Assembly (NCBI GenBank): GCA_964410945.1 | Contig: CAYPJE010000014.1 | Location: forward strand, 994-64,993 | Length of the DNA stretch: 64,000 nt | Source of the DNA: an uncultured bacterium | Lineage (GTDB): Bacteria > Fidelibacterota > Marinisomatia > Marinisomatales > TCS56 | Direction: 5' to 3' | Part shown: piece after piece, positions 27,390 to 35,316 of the stretch | Layout of the letters: every line of letters starts with the position of its first letter | How positions within the stretch are numbered: position 1 is the first letter of the stretch | Translations under genes and position numbers: made by a program | The notes under the pieces: generated by a model | Databases searched by the model: none | What the model saw: only the letters and a program-made list of their open reading frames with translations | Told to the model about the DNA's origin: nothing

Positions 27390-27853
27390 TCTCCAAACGG
27401 AAAAAAGCACTGTTACACGTAGCCAAGGCGCAGTTGGGTCTGGAGGACTGGATGTACCGTCAGGTCCTGCTGCGCCATGCCGGGGTTAAATCCTCCGCAG
27501 ACCCCCGCATGGATAATGTGAGATTTAACAATGTAATGGCTGAGTTTGAGAACCTGGGATTCAGGAATAAACAGACCAGGCCAAAAAACCAAGCCAAAGG
27601 AAAGGTGACCGGTGGTGCCTCCACAAATCAAATTGATTTGATCCAAGATTTATGGCACCAGATAACCGGTCACCGCAAGGCCAGCGAAGATTTTAAGGCC
27701 ACTATTTATTCATGGATGGTGCAGCATTTCCCCATCCATTCAGATGCAAAAGATTATATCGATTTACTTAACAAGCTGGATGCCAGGACAGCTCATATCG
27801 TCATCAACATTTTAAAGAAAATGAAGATCAAACGTGATAATCCCGGGCTCTGA
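27386..27853 (+). CDS. GemA / Mu gp16-like protein (DUF1018-like)
   Basis: KKALLHVAKAQLGLEDWMYRQVLLRHAGVKSSADP...FENLGF matches the remembered gp16/GemA pattern. The position after the B gene fits. Confidence 0.6.
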   Translation: MISKRKKALLHVAKAQLGLEDWMYRQVLLRHAGVKSSADPRMDNVRFNNVMAEFENLGFRNKQTRPKNQAKGKVTGGASTNQIDLIQDLWHQITGHRKASEDFKATIYSWMVQHFPIHSDAKDYIDLLNKLDARTAHIVINILKKMKIKRDNPGL

Positions 27854-28166
27854 TACTCAGATATTAATTGACCTGTTGGAAAAGGCAGTATATGAGAACC
27901 TGGGCAACATGGATTTTATTATTGCTGGTGCGCAACAGAATCTACTTGATCGAATAAAGGCTGAAAGTGAAAAGAACCGGCATGAGTATAACGCCGGTAA
28001 TGATCCCTTCTATGTTCGTCGGAATCTGGATGCTTCGCTGGAGTTTTTAAAAGCCTTTGAAAGATTTATTAAACAAACCTCAGATCCCTGGACTGACGAA
28101 TTGGTTAAGGCTTATCGTGGTTTGAATTCTGCTATTGAGCGCACACCCCAGGTGGAGTTGAAATAA
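27834..28166 (+). CDS. Hypothetical phage protein
   Basis: ORF in a tightly packed operon with a GTG start. No motif recognised. Confidence 0.4.
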   Translation: MIIPGSDTQILIDLLEKAVYENLGNMDFIIAGAQQNLLDRIKAESEKNRHEYNAGNDPFYVRRNLDASLEFLKAFERFIKQTSDPWTDELVKAYRGLNSAIERTPQVELK

Positions 28167-28519
28167 TGGCTGATCATTCCCTAAGCAGCATCCCTGAGAA
28201 CTTCCCCCAGTTCGATGCCGAATACCCTCAAATTGATGTGCAATTCGAGTACGACAGGTTCAGGAATTACTGTGCAGCTCATGGTCGGCGGTACAAGAAT
28301 TATCATGCTGCTTTCCGTAACTGGCTCTCAGGGCCCTATCCCAAGAAGCCCCGGGCGGAGCGGAAAGTTGCCTATAAGATGTGTGTGGAATGTGGGGGCA
28401 CACTGGAGTTAAGGAACCCCATAGCAATTAACCCGGAATGCCCTGTCTGTAGCCAGAAAGATGAGCCGGTTGTTTTATACGATATCATGACTGCATTCCA
28501 AATCATAAAGGACAGCTAA
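28166..28519 (+). CDS. Hypothetical phage protein with C-terminal zinc ribbon
   Basis: CVECGG...CPVC. The start follows directly after the upstream stop with no gap. Confidence 0.45.
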   Translation: MADHSLSSIPENFPQFDAEYPQIDVQFEYDRFRNYCAAHGRRYKNYHAAFRNWLSGPYPKKPRAERKVAYKMCVECGGTLELRNPIAINPECPVCSQKDEPVVLYDIMTAFQIIKDS

Positions 28520-28788
28520 TGAGAAACGTACTATTTGAGGTGGCGGTAGAACGTCAGAAACAAGATGAAAAATGGGGGGAGCAGAATCATCCTCCTGCAG
28601 ATTGGTTAATGATTCTTGGGGAAGAAGTTGGGGAAGCAAATAGAGCTGCTCTTGAAGCACGATTTGAGGTACCCGATAGTGATATTACATACTACCGGGA
28701 TGAACTTATACAAGTTGCTGCAGTAGCGGTTGCTGCCATTGAAAGTTTAGATCGAAATGAGTTAAAGGAGATGATTTATGGGAAATAA
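28519..28788 (+). CDS. MazG-like nucleotide pyrophosphohydrolase domain protein
   Basis: ERQKQDEKWGEQNHP...WLMILGEEVGEANRA pattern, as in phage dNTP pyrophosphohydrolase-like proteins. Confidence 0.45.
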   Translation: MRNVLFEVAVERQKQDEKWGEQNHPPADWLMILGEEVGEANRAALEARFEVPDSDITYYRDELIQVAAVAVAAIESLDRNELKEMIYGK

Positions 28789-29011
28789 CAGCAAGTCTAA
28801 AATCATTAAATATCATTGCATTCATTGTGGTGCTCAATTGGAAACCCACTTACCAACTAAAAACGAGCTAGGCCGGAAGAAATACTGGGATACGATGGTT
28901 ATATGTGGAGACTGTGGAGGTCTTTTCTTCCGTGCTGTATGGGCCGATGGAAGAGTGAATGTTTATACCATCATAACCATTGAGAAAGCAAAATCAAAAG
29001 GAGGCAAATAA
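28778..29011 (+). CDS. Hypothetical zinc-ribbon protein
   Basis: CIHCGA...CGDCGG. Its start overlaps the end of the upstream gene (28778 vs 28788). Confidence 0.4.
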   Translation: MGNNSKSKIIKYHCIHCGAQLETHLPTKNELGRKKYWDTMVICGDCGGLFFRAVWADGRVNVYTIITIEKAKSKGGK

Positions 29012-29619
29012 TGGCTCAAGTTGATGACAACGGATATTGGATTGATCGCCGGGGGAAGAAGACTCCCCCGGAGCATATTGATCCGGTAGTAAAGCACCGT
29101 GACCGGACGGTGGAAATGTGTATGAAGGAGGCCAAAGCCCTCCAGGAGAAAATGCTCAGGGTCAAGAAGTCGATATTCGCCCGGATTCAGAAGCATGTTG
29201 ACTATGTTGAGCACCGTACCGGAGTCCACAATACCGGTAAGGGAAATCTATCATTAACCGGTTTCAGTGGCGACATGCAGGTTGAATACCGAATAAATGA
29301 TAAGATCACGCTTGATGAGCGCCTGCAGTCAGCTAAAACCCTAATTGACGAATTACTGGAGACCTGGTCTGATGGAGCGAACCGCAACCTGGTCGCTGTT
29401 GTAAACCATGCTTTCGACGTAGATAAATCAGGACGGGTCAACACCCATGCCATTCTCAAACTACGCTCGGTGAAGATCAGGAATAAGAAATGGGAAAAGG
29501 CTATGATCCTGATCGCTGATTCGATTACTGTCAATGGTTCCCGCCAGTATCTGCATTTCAAGGTCCGTAATAAGAGTGACATATTCGAGTCCATCAATCT
29601 GAATTTTTCCTCCCTCTAA
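29011..29619 (+). CDS. DUF3164-like protein (conserved in Mu-like phages)
   Basis: Pattern GKGNLSLTGFSGD...LDERLQSAKTLIDELLETW...AFDVDKSGRVNTHAILKLRSVKI...WEKAMILIADSITVNGSRQY. Confidence 0.6.
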   Translation: MAQVDDNGYWIDRRGKKTPPEHIDPVVKHRDRTVEMCMKEAKALQEKMLRVKKSIFARIQKHVDYVEHRTGVHNTGKGNLSLTGFSGDMQVEYRINDKITLDERLQSAKTLIDELLETWSDGANRNLVAVVNHAFDVDKSGRVNTHAILKLRSVKIRNKKWEKAMILIADSITVNGSRQYLHFKVRNKSDIFESINLNFSSL

Positions 29620-29835
29620 ATGCCAGTGGCCACCACAAAGGATAAGCAGTACCCGTTATTCCAGGAATTAGAAGGTCCTGGAGTACGTGGCGGTATCGAA
29701 TGTCCCGTTTGTGGTGGCCCTACCTTTGTTGCACAGACAATCAATTATGCCAATTTCATTAAACGGTATCGCACCTGCCGGGACGATGATTGTCTACACA
29801 CCTTCACTACATCTGAAACAATAGATAAGAAATAA
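29620..29835 (+). CDS. Ogr/Delta-like zinc-finger protein (candidate late activator)
   Basis: 71 aa with CPVC-x22-CRDDDC followed by TFTTSETI, the same layout as P2 Ogr (CxxC-x22-CxxxxC, FxTxE). Confidence 0.55.
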   Translation: MPVATTKDKQYPLFQELEGPGVRGGIECPVCGGPTFVAQTINYANFIKRYRTCRDDDCLHTFTTSETIDKK

Positions 29836-31202
29836 TGGGCTTCTGGAAAGACCTGGAACGGCTCGATAAAGAAGCTGAACAGATTTTGTTGAGCGCCGCC
29901 AACAACGCAGCCACCAGGGATTTTGTAACCTCAGTGGTTGACAGCCTGCTCAGCCTCCTGGATGATTATACCCTGGAGGAATTGAAGGATATTGACCTGG
30001 ACCAGCAGGTGTCCGATATCCTTAAGTCCCACGGTCATTATCTGACCAAGGAGCTGGCCGATGAACTGACAGAGAAAATCCAACTGGCGATATCCAGTTC
30101 ACTAAAATTTTACCAAAAGCGGGGCGTGGAAACTGGGGGTGTGCAGGATGAGATCAAGCGGAGTAAAGAGGCTGCTGTTCTGTCCCAGTCTGTTAGCCAA
30201 TCCCTGGCGAACAGCTCCTCCGAACTTCGCAGAGGTACTGTGGAAACACTCCAGCGGGCAGTCCTGGCCGGGGAGGTCAACCGCTCCGATCTGCGGGCTA
30301 CCCTTACTAACCTGGCCGGGATAACCAAGACTGCTGCTGACGTTGAGTCCCAGGCCATTGTGGGGGCCTATAATCAGCTCTCCCGCAATGTTATCCGAAA
30401 TAAGGCCGGACTTAAGCATGGTCTGTATTATGGCCACCTGCAGCGAAATAGCCGGGGATTTTGCCGGATTCATATTATGAAGGTCTATACCCTGGATCAG
30501 ATCAGGGCAATGGACAATGGAATGCTCAACCCGGTTATCGTTCACCGGGGCGGATATCGTTGTATCCATACCTGGGTGTGGGTTGATCCGGAGTGGGACG
30601 ACGATCTGAAAGAAGTATCCGGGGGGAAGATTCGGAAAGTTTATACCGATAAGAAGAAAAAAAGATTTGTCAAAGTCTATGCCAATGATGCTCAGGCCGA
30701 ACGCCTGGTGCGCCAGTATGAGTTGAACCGCCAGGGATTTGTTATGATCCGGGATGCCGTTGACAACGATTCGGGATTTACTGCAGTCCATATGTCCTGG
30801 TACCAGGCTTGGACCCATTCTAAAAAGCAGGTTAGAAAAACCTTTAAAGATGAATTTAATACCGGGGAACTGATGGCTGAACTGGGTTATGAGTCCCTGT
30901 TTACCAGGAATGTCCAGAACCTGAAAGGCGGACCGGTGGATATGATCATGAACGGGGTACCAGTGGAGATTAAGATTCCCCAGTCATTCAACCCCCGGCG
31001 GTTTGAGAAGATATTTTTACGAGGGATTACCCAGTCGGAAACGGTGTTAATCCACCAGACACAGGAAATGATGGACGTTGCCTGGGGAAAAGCAGTATAC
31101 AAAATCCGGCAGCACTTGGTGGCCAAGCCGGAAACCCAGGCTCTGATCCTGCAAAGTTTTGATAAATTGACCCTGATAGATTTGAGGAAATACAATGGAT
31201 AA
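29835..31202 (+). CDS. MuF / SPP1 gp7-like head morphogenesis protein with about 190-aa C-terminal extension
   Basis: MuF core NSRGFCRIHIMKVYTLDQIRAMDNGMLNPVIVHRGGYRCIHTWVWV. The extension has an E...D...ExK pattern (GELMAELGYE...GPVDMIMNGVPVEIKI). Confidence 0.7.
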   Translation: MGFWKDLERLDKEAEQILLSAANNAATRDFVTSVVDSLLSLLDDYTLEELKDIDLDQQVSDILKSHGHYLTKELADELTEKIQLAISSSLKFYQKRGVETGGVQDEIKRSKEAAVLSQSVSQSLANSSSELRRGTVETLQRAVLAGEVNRSDLRATLTNLAGITKTAADVESQAIVGAYNQLSRNVIRNKAGLKHGLYYGHLQRNSRGFCRIHIMKVYTLDQIRAMDNGMLNPVIVHRGGYRCIHTWVWVDPEWDDDLKEVSGGKIRKVYTDKKKKRFVKVYANDAQAERLVRQYELNRQGFVMIRDAVDNDSGFTAVHMSWYQAWTHSKKQVRKTFKDEFNTGELMAELGYESLFTRNVQNLKGGPVDMIMNGVPVEIKIPQSFNPRRFEKIFLRGITQSETVLIHQTQEMMDVAWGKAVYKIRQHLVAKPETQALILQSFDKLTLIDLRKYNG

Positions 31203-31401
31203 AAGATCATTATACGAAGTTTTTCTAGAGGAGTTGGCCGAAGAAACCGAAGAACGGGAGTTCACCTACGAGGAACGCCTGATGGCCTACGCCTATTTCC
31301 AGGCCCATGCGGAGATGAAGCAAATAACCCTAACGGAACTGAAAGCCCTGCAGAAGAAACTGGATTTGATGGAAGGAGATATAGAAAAACTAAGGGTGTA
31401 A
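31195..31401 (+). CDS. Small acidic protein (68 aa)
   Basis: It overlaps the MuF-like gene's stop by 8 nt. Highly acidic N-terminus EELAEETEEREFTYEE. Confidence 0.4.
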   Translation: MDKRSLYEVFLEELAEETEEREFTYEERLMAYAYFQAHAEMKQITLTELKALQKKLDLMEGDIEKLRV

Positions 31402-31426
31402 TGACACAAGAATGTTGATATCTTTT

Positions 31427-32074
31427 CTACCCAATCCCCTTAGAACTCTTTTTTAATTCTGGAAAACATCCGACCATTCTTGCCATTATAACAATAAGAT
31501 ATAAGTACGATTGGAAACATATAAAATCGCAAAACTCAGGTTCCTCAAGTGCTTTTCCAACGGAATAGCCGATACTACCGTTATTTAGATGTACTAAATT
31601 GAACTCAGATCCTATGGGGTCCCCGTGTGTTAGTGAGTTGAAAGTAGATAAAACTTGTTTGGTTGTTTCTACATCAACTTCCTTATTCATCGAAGCTAAC
31701 ATAATTCCTAAACTTGGACGCTCTTGATATTTCCAACCAGATTGCCATAATGATACCTTCTCAGGTTGCTCACTCAGATATGAGATGATAGCCGCTCGCT
31801 CAATGAGGGGGCGCATCAAGACAGCAGCAGCAAATAAATATCCCTGACGAACTAATTCACGAATACTTAGTGCTAAATTGATTCCTTGCGGTATTACCTG
31901 ACAAGCTGCTTTTTGAAGCTCAGTTAACTCATTCTTATGAGTATATCGAGCAATTTCGGAATTTGATTCTAGACATGATACTATTACTTTATCGAAATGA
32001 AAGACAGATTCTCTTCCTAAATATGGTTCATTATTTGGAGAGTAGACTGTGGGATTCTGTTTTGTATCCTTCAT
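31427..32074 (-). CDS. Hypothetical protein, DUF5677/AbiV-like by eye
   Basis: AT-rich ORF. The helical core LALSIRELVRQGYLFAAAVLMRPLIERAAIISYL resembles the AbiV/DUF5677 pattern. Last gene of the leftward operon. Confidence 0.4.
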   Translation of the reverse strand: MKDTKQNPTVYSPNNEPYLGRESVFHFDKVIVSCLESNSEIARYTHKNELTELQKAACQVIPQGINLALSIRELVRQGYLFAAAVLMRPLIERAAIISYLSEQPEKVSLWQSGWKYQERPSLGIMLASMNKEVDVETTKQVLSTFNSLTHGDPIGSEFNLVHLNNGSIGYSVGKALEEPEFCDFICFQSYLYLIVIMARMVGCFPELKKSSKGIG

Positions 32075-32094
32075 ACCATTGTACCTAATAAGTA

Positions 32095-32586
32095 TTAATT
32101 CTTTAAAACTTCCGCAGCCGTCCTAGCAGCTATATCAACAAACAATTCTCTTATACTCATTGCAGCGGCCTTTCCAATTTCTGTTAATTTTTTATTTACT
32201 TTTATAGCGGCCACTTCTGTCTTTGGAGTTTCTATTATTATTGCATCAATGCTATCTGTCAAGAACTCTTTATCAGGCTTTGAAATATCTAATAAATCTA
32301 TTTTTTCTTTTGCTGCTTCAATTTTCTGTTCAGTCCAGGGATACTGATTACCACAATTATAGCAAAATCTTGGAGCTCGGTGTAAATGAATAACTGTTGG
32401 AGGACCATAGGGAGTAGGAGTAAAACGTCTACCTCGGATTATATATTTACAGTATGAGCAATATCTTAATCCTTTTGCACCACATTTCTGACAGTAGTTA
32501 TCAGCTTTCTCCTTTTCAATTGTAGTGGAGTCTGTAATAATATGGCCATTTTCACAAATTATTGCCTGGTGATGTCTTCCTGTCAT
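32095..32586 (-). CDS. Zinc-ribbon protein, DUF2321-like
   Basis: CENGH...CQKCGA...CSYCKY...CYNCGNQYPWT (four Cys pairs) followed by a helical C-terminus. AT-rich. Confidence 0.5.
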   Translation of the reverse strand: MTGRHHQAIICENGHIITDSTTIEKEKADNYCQKCGAKGLRYCSYCKYIIRGRRFTPTPYGPPTVIHLHRAPRFCYNCGNQYPWTEQKIEAAKEKIDLLDISKPDKEFLTDSIDAIIIETPKTEVAAIKVNKKLTEIGKAAAMSIRELFVDIAARTAAEVLKN

Positions 32587-32620
32587 AGATGAATTTAAAA
32601 AACATATATTTATTCCAATG

Positions 32621-33373
32621 TTAAAAATTATTCACTATTATTTCCTTATAGTCCATATCCCCTCGCATTCTGTTAATCCCTTTCTGCCTGACCACTGGGA
32701 CAATCTGATAATCACCAAATAACTCCCTGGCTGCAGGGCAATCATCCAAGGTAAGTAACCACCGGCCTTTTACTCCTGCCAAGACTTCCTGAAGTTGGGA
32801 GTGGTCAAAATCCAGTTTGTAATTGTAACCGTTGATATATGGGGGATCACAGAAGAAAAACACATCGGGACCATCATACATTGATATTAATTCATCATAG
32901 GGCTTGTTCTCAATGTAGACCTTATCCAATCGCTGACTGATTACCCGGATTTGTCTGAGGATTGTTTCATGTGATGTTTGCGGAGTTGATTTGCTTCTGG
33001 CCCAGTGCTGCCCCATCGAACCAAAGCTACGTTTTATCAAATGTAGAAACCTGGCTGCCCTTTGAATATCAGTGTATCCTGGATTTGATTTAACCTGGTC
33101 AAATAGCTCTCGTGAAGGGATCAATAATTCAAAATCTTTCTGCAGCTCCTCCGGATGAAACTTGGCTACCCGGAATAAATTGACCAGGTCGCTGTTGATA
33201 TCGTTATATACTTCCAGCTTGGCCCAGCGTTTTTTATAGAACATAACCCAGGCTGCCCCGCCAAAAGGTTCGACATATCCAGTTATGTCAGTAGGGATAA
33301 GTTCGGCGATCTGCCGACGTAATTGTTTTTTGCCACCTACCCAGGAAATCAGACTATCACAATGTGCTTTCAT
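32621..33373 (-). CDS. dam: DNA adenine methyltransferase (D12 class, Dam-like), orphan
   Basis: SWVGGKKQL, EPFGGAAWV and motif IV FFCDPPY. No adjacent restriction endonuclease gene. Confidence 0.85.
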   Translation of the reverse strand: MKAHCDSLISWVGGKKQLRRQIAELIPTDITGYVEPFGGAAWVMFYKKRWAKLEVYNDINSDLVNLFRVAKFHPEELQKDFELLIPSRELFDQVKSNPGYTDIQRAARFLHLIKRSFGSMGQHWARSKSTPQTSHETILRQIRVISQRLDKVYIENKPYDELISMYDGPDVFFFCDPPYINGYNYKLDFDHSQLQEVLAGVKGRWLLTLDDCPAARELFGDYQIVPVVRQKGINRMRGDMDYKEIIVNNF

Positions 33374-33504
33374 AACGCCTCCTAATCGGCTTCATATTCG
33401 TTTGTGAGGCTCCAGGTTAGGGGTAATTTCCCCCGTTCTTGTGAACGCTGGAGCGGACTATTTATGGTCATCCCACGGCAATGGGGTGGTTGGGGAGGCG
33501 TTAT
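33372..33504 (-). promoter_or_regulatory. Structured leader sequestering the dam SD/start
   Basis: On the minus-strand RNA, AUAACGCCUCC (from 33494-33504) is perfectly complementary to GGAGGCGUUAU (33372-33382), which covers the SD and the AU of the AUG. Nested stems GCUCCAG/CUGGAGC and CGUUC/GAACG lie between them. Confidence 0.4.
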
Positions 33505-33538
33505 CTCCTTGACCCGCTCCTGCTCTTTATGGAGCAGG

Positions 33539-34030
33539 TCAATTCAAATTTTTATCTATTCGTCTTTTTAAAAAATTGGTGATGCTGGCCGCTTCACCAT
33601 TGGTCAATCCCACAAACTCCCGGACCACATGATTTTTACCAGCTCCCAGGACATTGTGGAAGCTGGCCAGGTCCAGGATATCAGGATCGGTCTGGCCATC
33701 AAAATAACCCACATGGGCTTCGGGAATCCCCCGGCTGTACTTGATCTCAGTCTGCAGAGCTCCCAACATTGCTCCGGACATGAACAGGGTCACTTCCTCA
33801 TTGGTATAGCCCCGATCCTGGAGGCGGCGGCGCTTATGCTGGTTGGTATAAGTTTTCCGGTATCCCTTGTTTAAAAATTCCCCGCGGGCTGTTCTGGCCA
33901 GGATAAAATAATGGACCTGGGAAGCAACCAGGGCCATATCCCGTTCAGTGACAATCTTGTCCACCAGGTCACCATCCAGTAATTCCCGGAGGGACTTTGA
34001 CAGGGTGATGGTTGCGGAGATCTCTTTCAT
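33539..34030 (-). CDS. Putative virion morphogenesis / tail completion protein (Mu G-like)
   Basis: The position is immediately after the portal. Pattern LFMSGAMLGALQ...FHNVLGAGKNHVVREFVGLTNGE. Confidence 0.4.
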   Translation of the reverse strand: MKEISATITLSKSLRELLDGDLVDKIVTERDMALVASQVHYFILARTARGEFLNKGYRKTYTNQHKRRRLQDRGYTNEEVTLFMSGAMLGALQTEIKYSRGIPEAHVGYFDGQTDPDILDLASFHNVLGAGKNHVVREFVGLTNGEAASITNFLKRRIDKNLN

Positions 34031-35307
34031 TAACCTATATCGATCAGGTTTCCGGGTTGTTTACCGGGGAGAGTATCGTCTTCATCCTTCGGCTCAGGGG
34101 CATTATATTTCTTCCGGAGGTGGGATTTAGACTGATCAAGACCCATTTCCTGCAGGGTCTTGGAAACGGTCACTTCATTATTCAGGTTGTCAGCCTTTTT
34201 CACCGGGGTAAAGAATACCAGTTGGCCAACATTGGTAAAATTGTAATCCACTATCACATCCACCAGTTCCTGCATAACCAGGTCAAGACGGTAAGCGTCA
34301 TTGGCGGCTACATCTATGCTGATGCCGTTAGCCGTTACAGCCGTGCCATAGGTCCCATGCTGGCCGGTGCTGGAGGTGATCGACTGGGACAGGATGGCAT
34401 CTGATATCTCCCGGTTACAGGCATCCTTGAATTTGTCGAATGCCTCAACGGATGATGACCGGTTTACCTCCGGGAATTCAATGCTGGTATCCTCGGAAAT
34501 GACTGCCGAAGCATCCGACCCCATATCATGGACGCCATTCTCAAGGACTTTTATATCCTTTTCAGATGCTCCAGACTCATACTTACCGATCCGCATGGGC
34601 ATCCCGTAAACCTCATTAAAAGCAGCCCAGTCCTCAAAATCAAAATATTTATAGATCGAATACCGCATGGCTGCCAGGCCAACACCCTGAGAAACAAAGT
34701 TGATATCCGAATAGGCCGGAAAATCCTCATGGGTCAATAATAGAATTTTACCCGCAGGATATTTTACCAGCGGTTCTTTACCCACATACAGGCTGGTATA
34801 CTTGTCATCCTTATTGATTTTCTTGGCATGGATAAAATCATTCGGGAGTACATTATAGTCCACCGGTACAAACAGCATTTTACCTTCGTACTGGATTGCC
34901 CCCCAGACCAGTTCAATGGCCCTTACACCGTAATAATTTGCCTGGAGCAGGCTTCCCGAAAGCAACCGGTATTTTAACTCTTTCAATACGTGCTCCACGG
35001 CTTCCCGGGCAAATGCAGCAGCATCGTTTTCCTCAACAGCAATCAGGCCTGGTTTATCGGTCGTGGCAGCAGCGATCCGGCGCTGGAGGTCGCCACCCAG
35101 ATGGCCGTCGATCCGGCGAAACCGATCCATAATATTGTAGAGGTTTGAAGGATGTCCCCCCAGGGCATTCCGCATGGCCGTTTTAAATTGCTGTGGTGTT
35201 ACATCCCCAATCTTGGCAAAGGGATTACGCATTTTAGGGGCGGTAATCACTTTAACCAGTTTCTGAGTGGGAGCCGTTGATTTCTTTTTTCTTTTTGATT
35301 TAGCCAT
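34030..35307 (-). CDS. Portal protein (Mu gp29 / DUF935-like)
   Basis: 425 aa, directly downstream of the large terminase. Motif DWAAFNEVYGMPMRIGKY. Confidence 0.7.
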   Translation of the reverse strand: MAKSKRKKKSTAPTQKLVKVITAPKMRNPFAKIGDVTPQQFKTAMRNALGGHPSNLYNIMDRFRRIDGHLGGDLQRRIAAATTDKPGLIAVEENDAAAFAREAVEHVLKELKYRLLSGSLLQANYYGVRAIELVWGAIQYEGKMLFVPVDYNVLPNDFIHAKKINKDDKYTSLYVGKEPLVKYPAGKILLLTHEDFPAYSDINFVSQGVGLAAMRYSIYKYFDFEDWAAFNEVYGMPMRIGKYESGASEKDIKVLENGVHDMGSDASAVISEDTSIEFPEVNRSSSVEAFDKFKDACNREISDAILSQSITSSTGQHGTYGTAVTANGISIDVAANDAYRLDLVMQELVDVIVDYNFTNVGQLVFFTPVKKADNLNNEVTVSKTLQEMGLDQSKSHLRKKYNAPEPKDEDDTLPGKQPGNLIDIG

Positions 35308-35316
35308 GACTATCCT

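Noticed and set aside
33400-33470. Possible tRNA-like gene in the dam leader (CGTTC-ACAA-GAACG stem)
   Set aside because: There is no acceptor stem, D-arm or T-loop GTTCRA consensus. The stems nest inside the long-range SD-sequestering helix instead.
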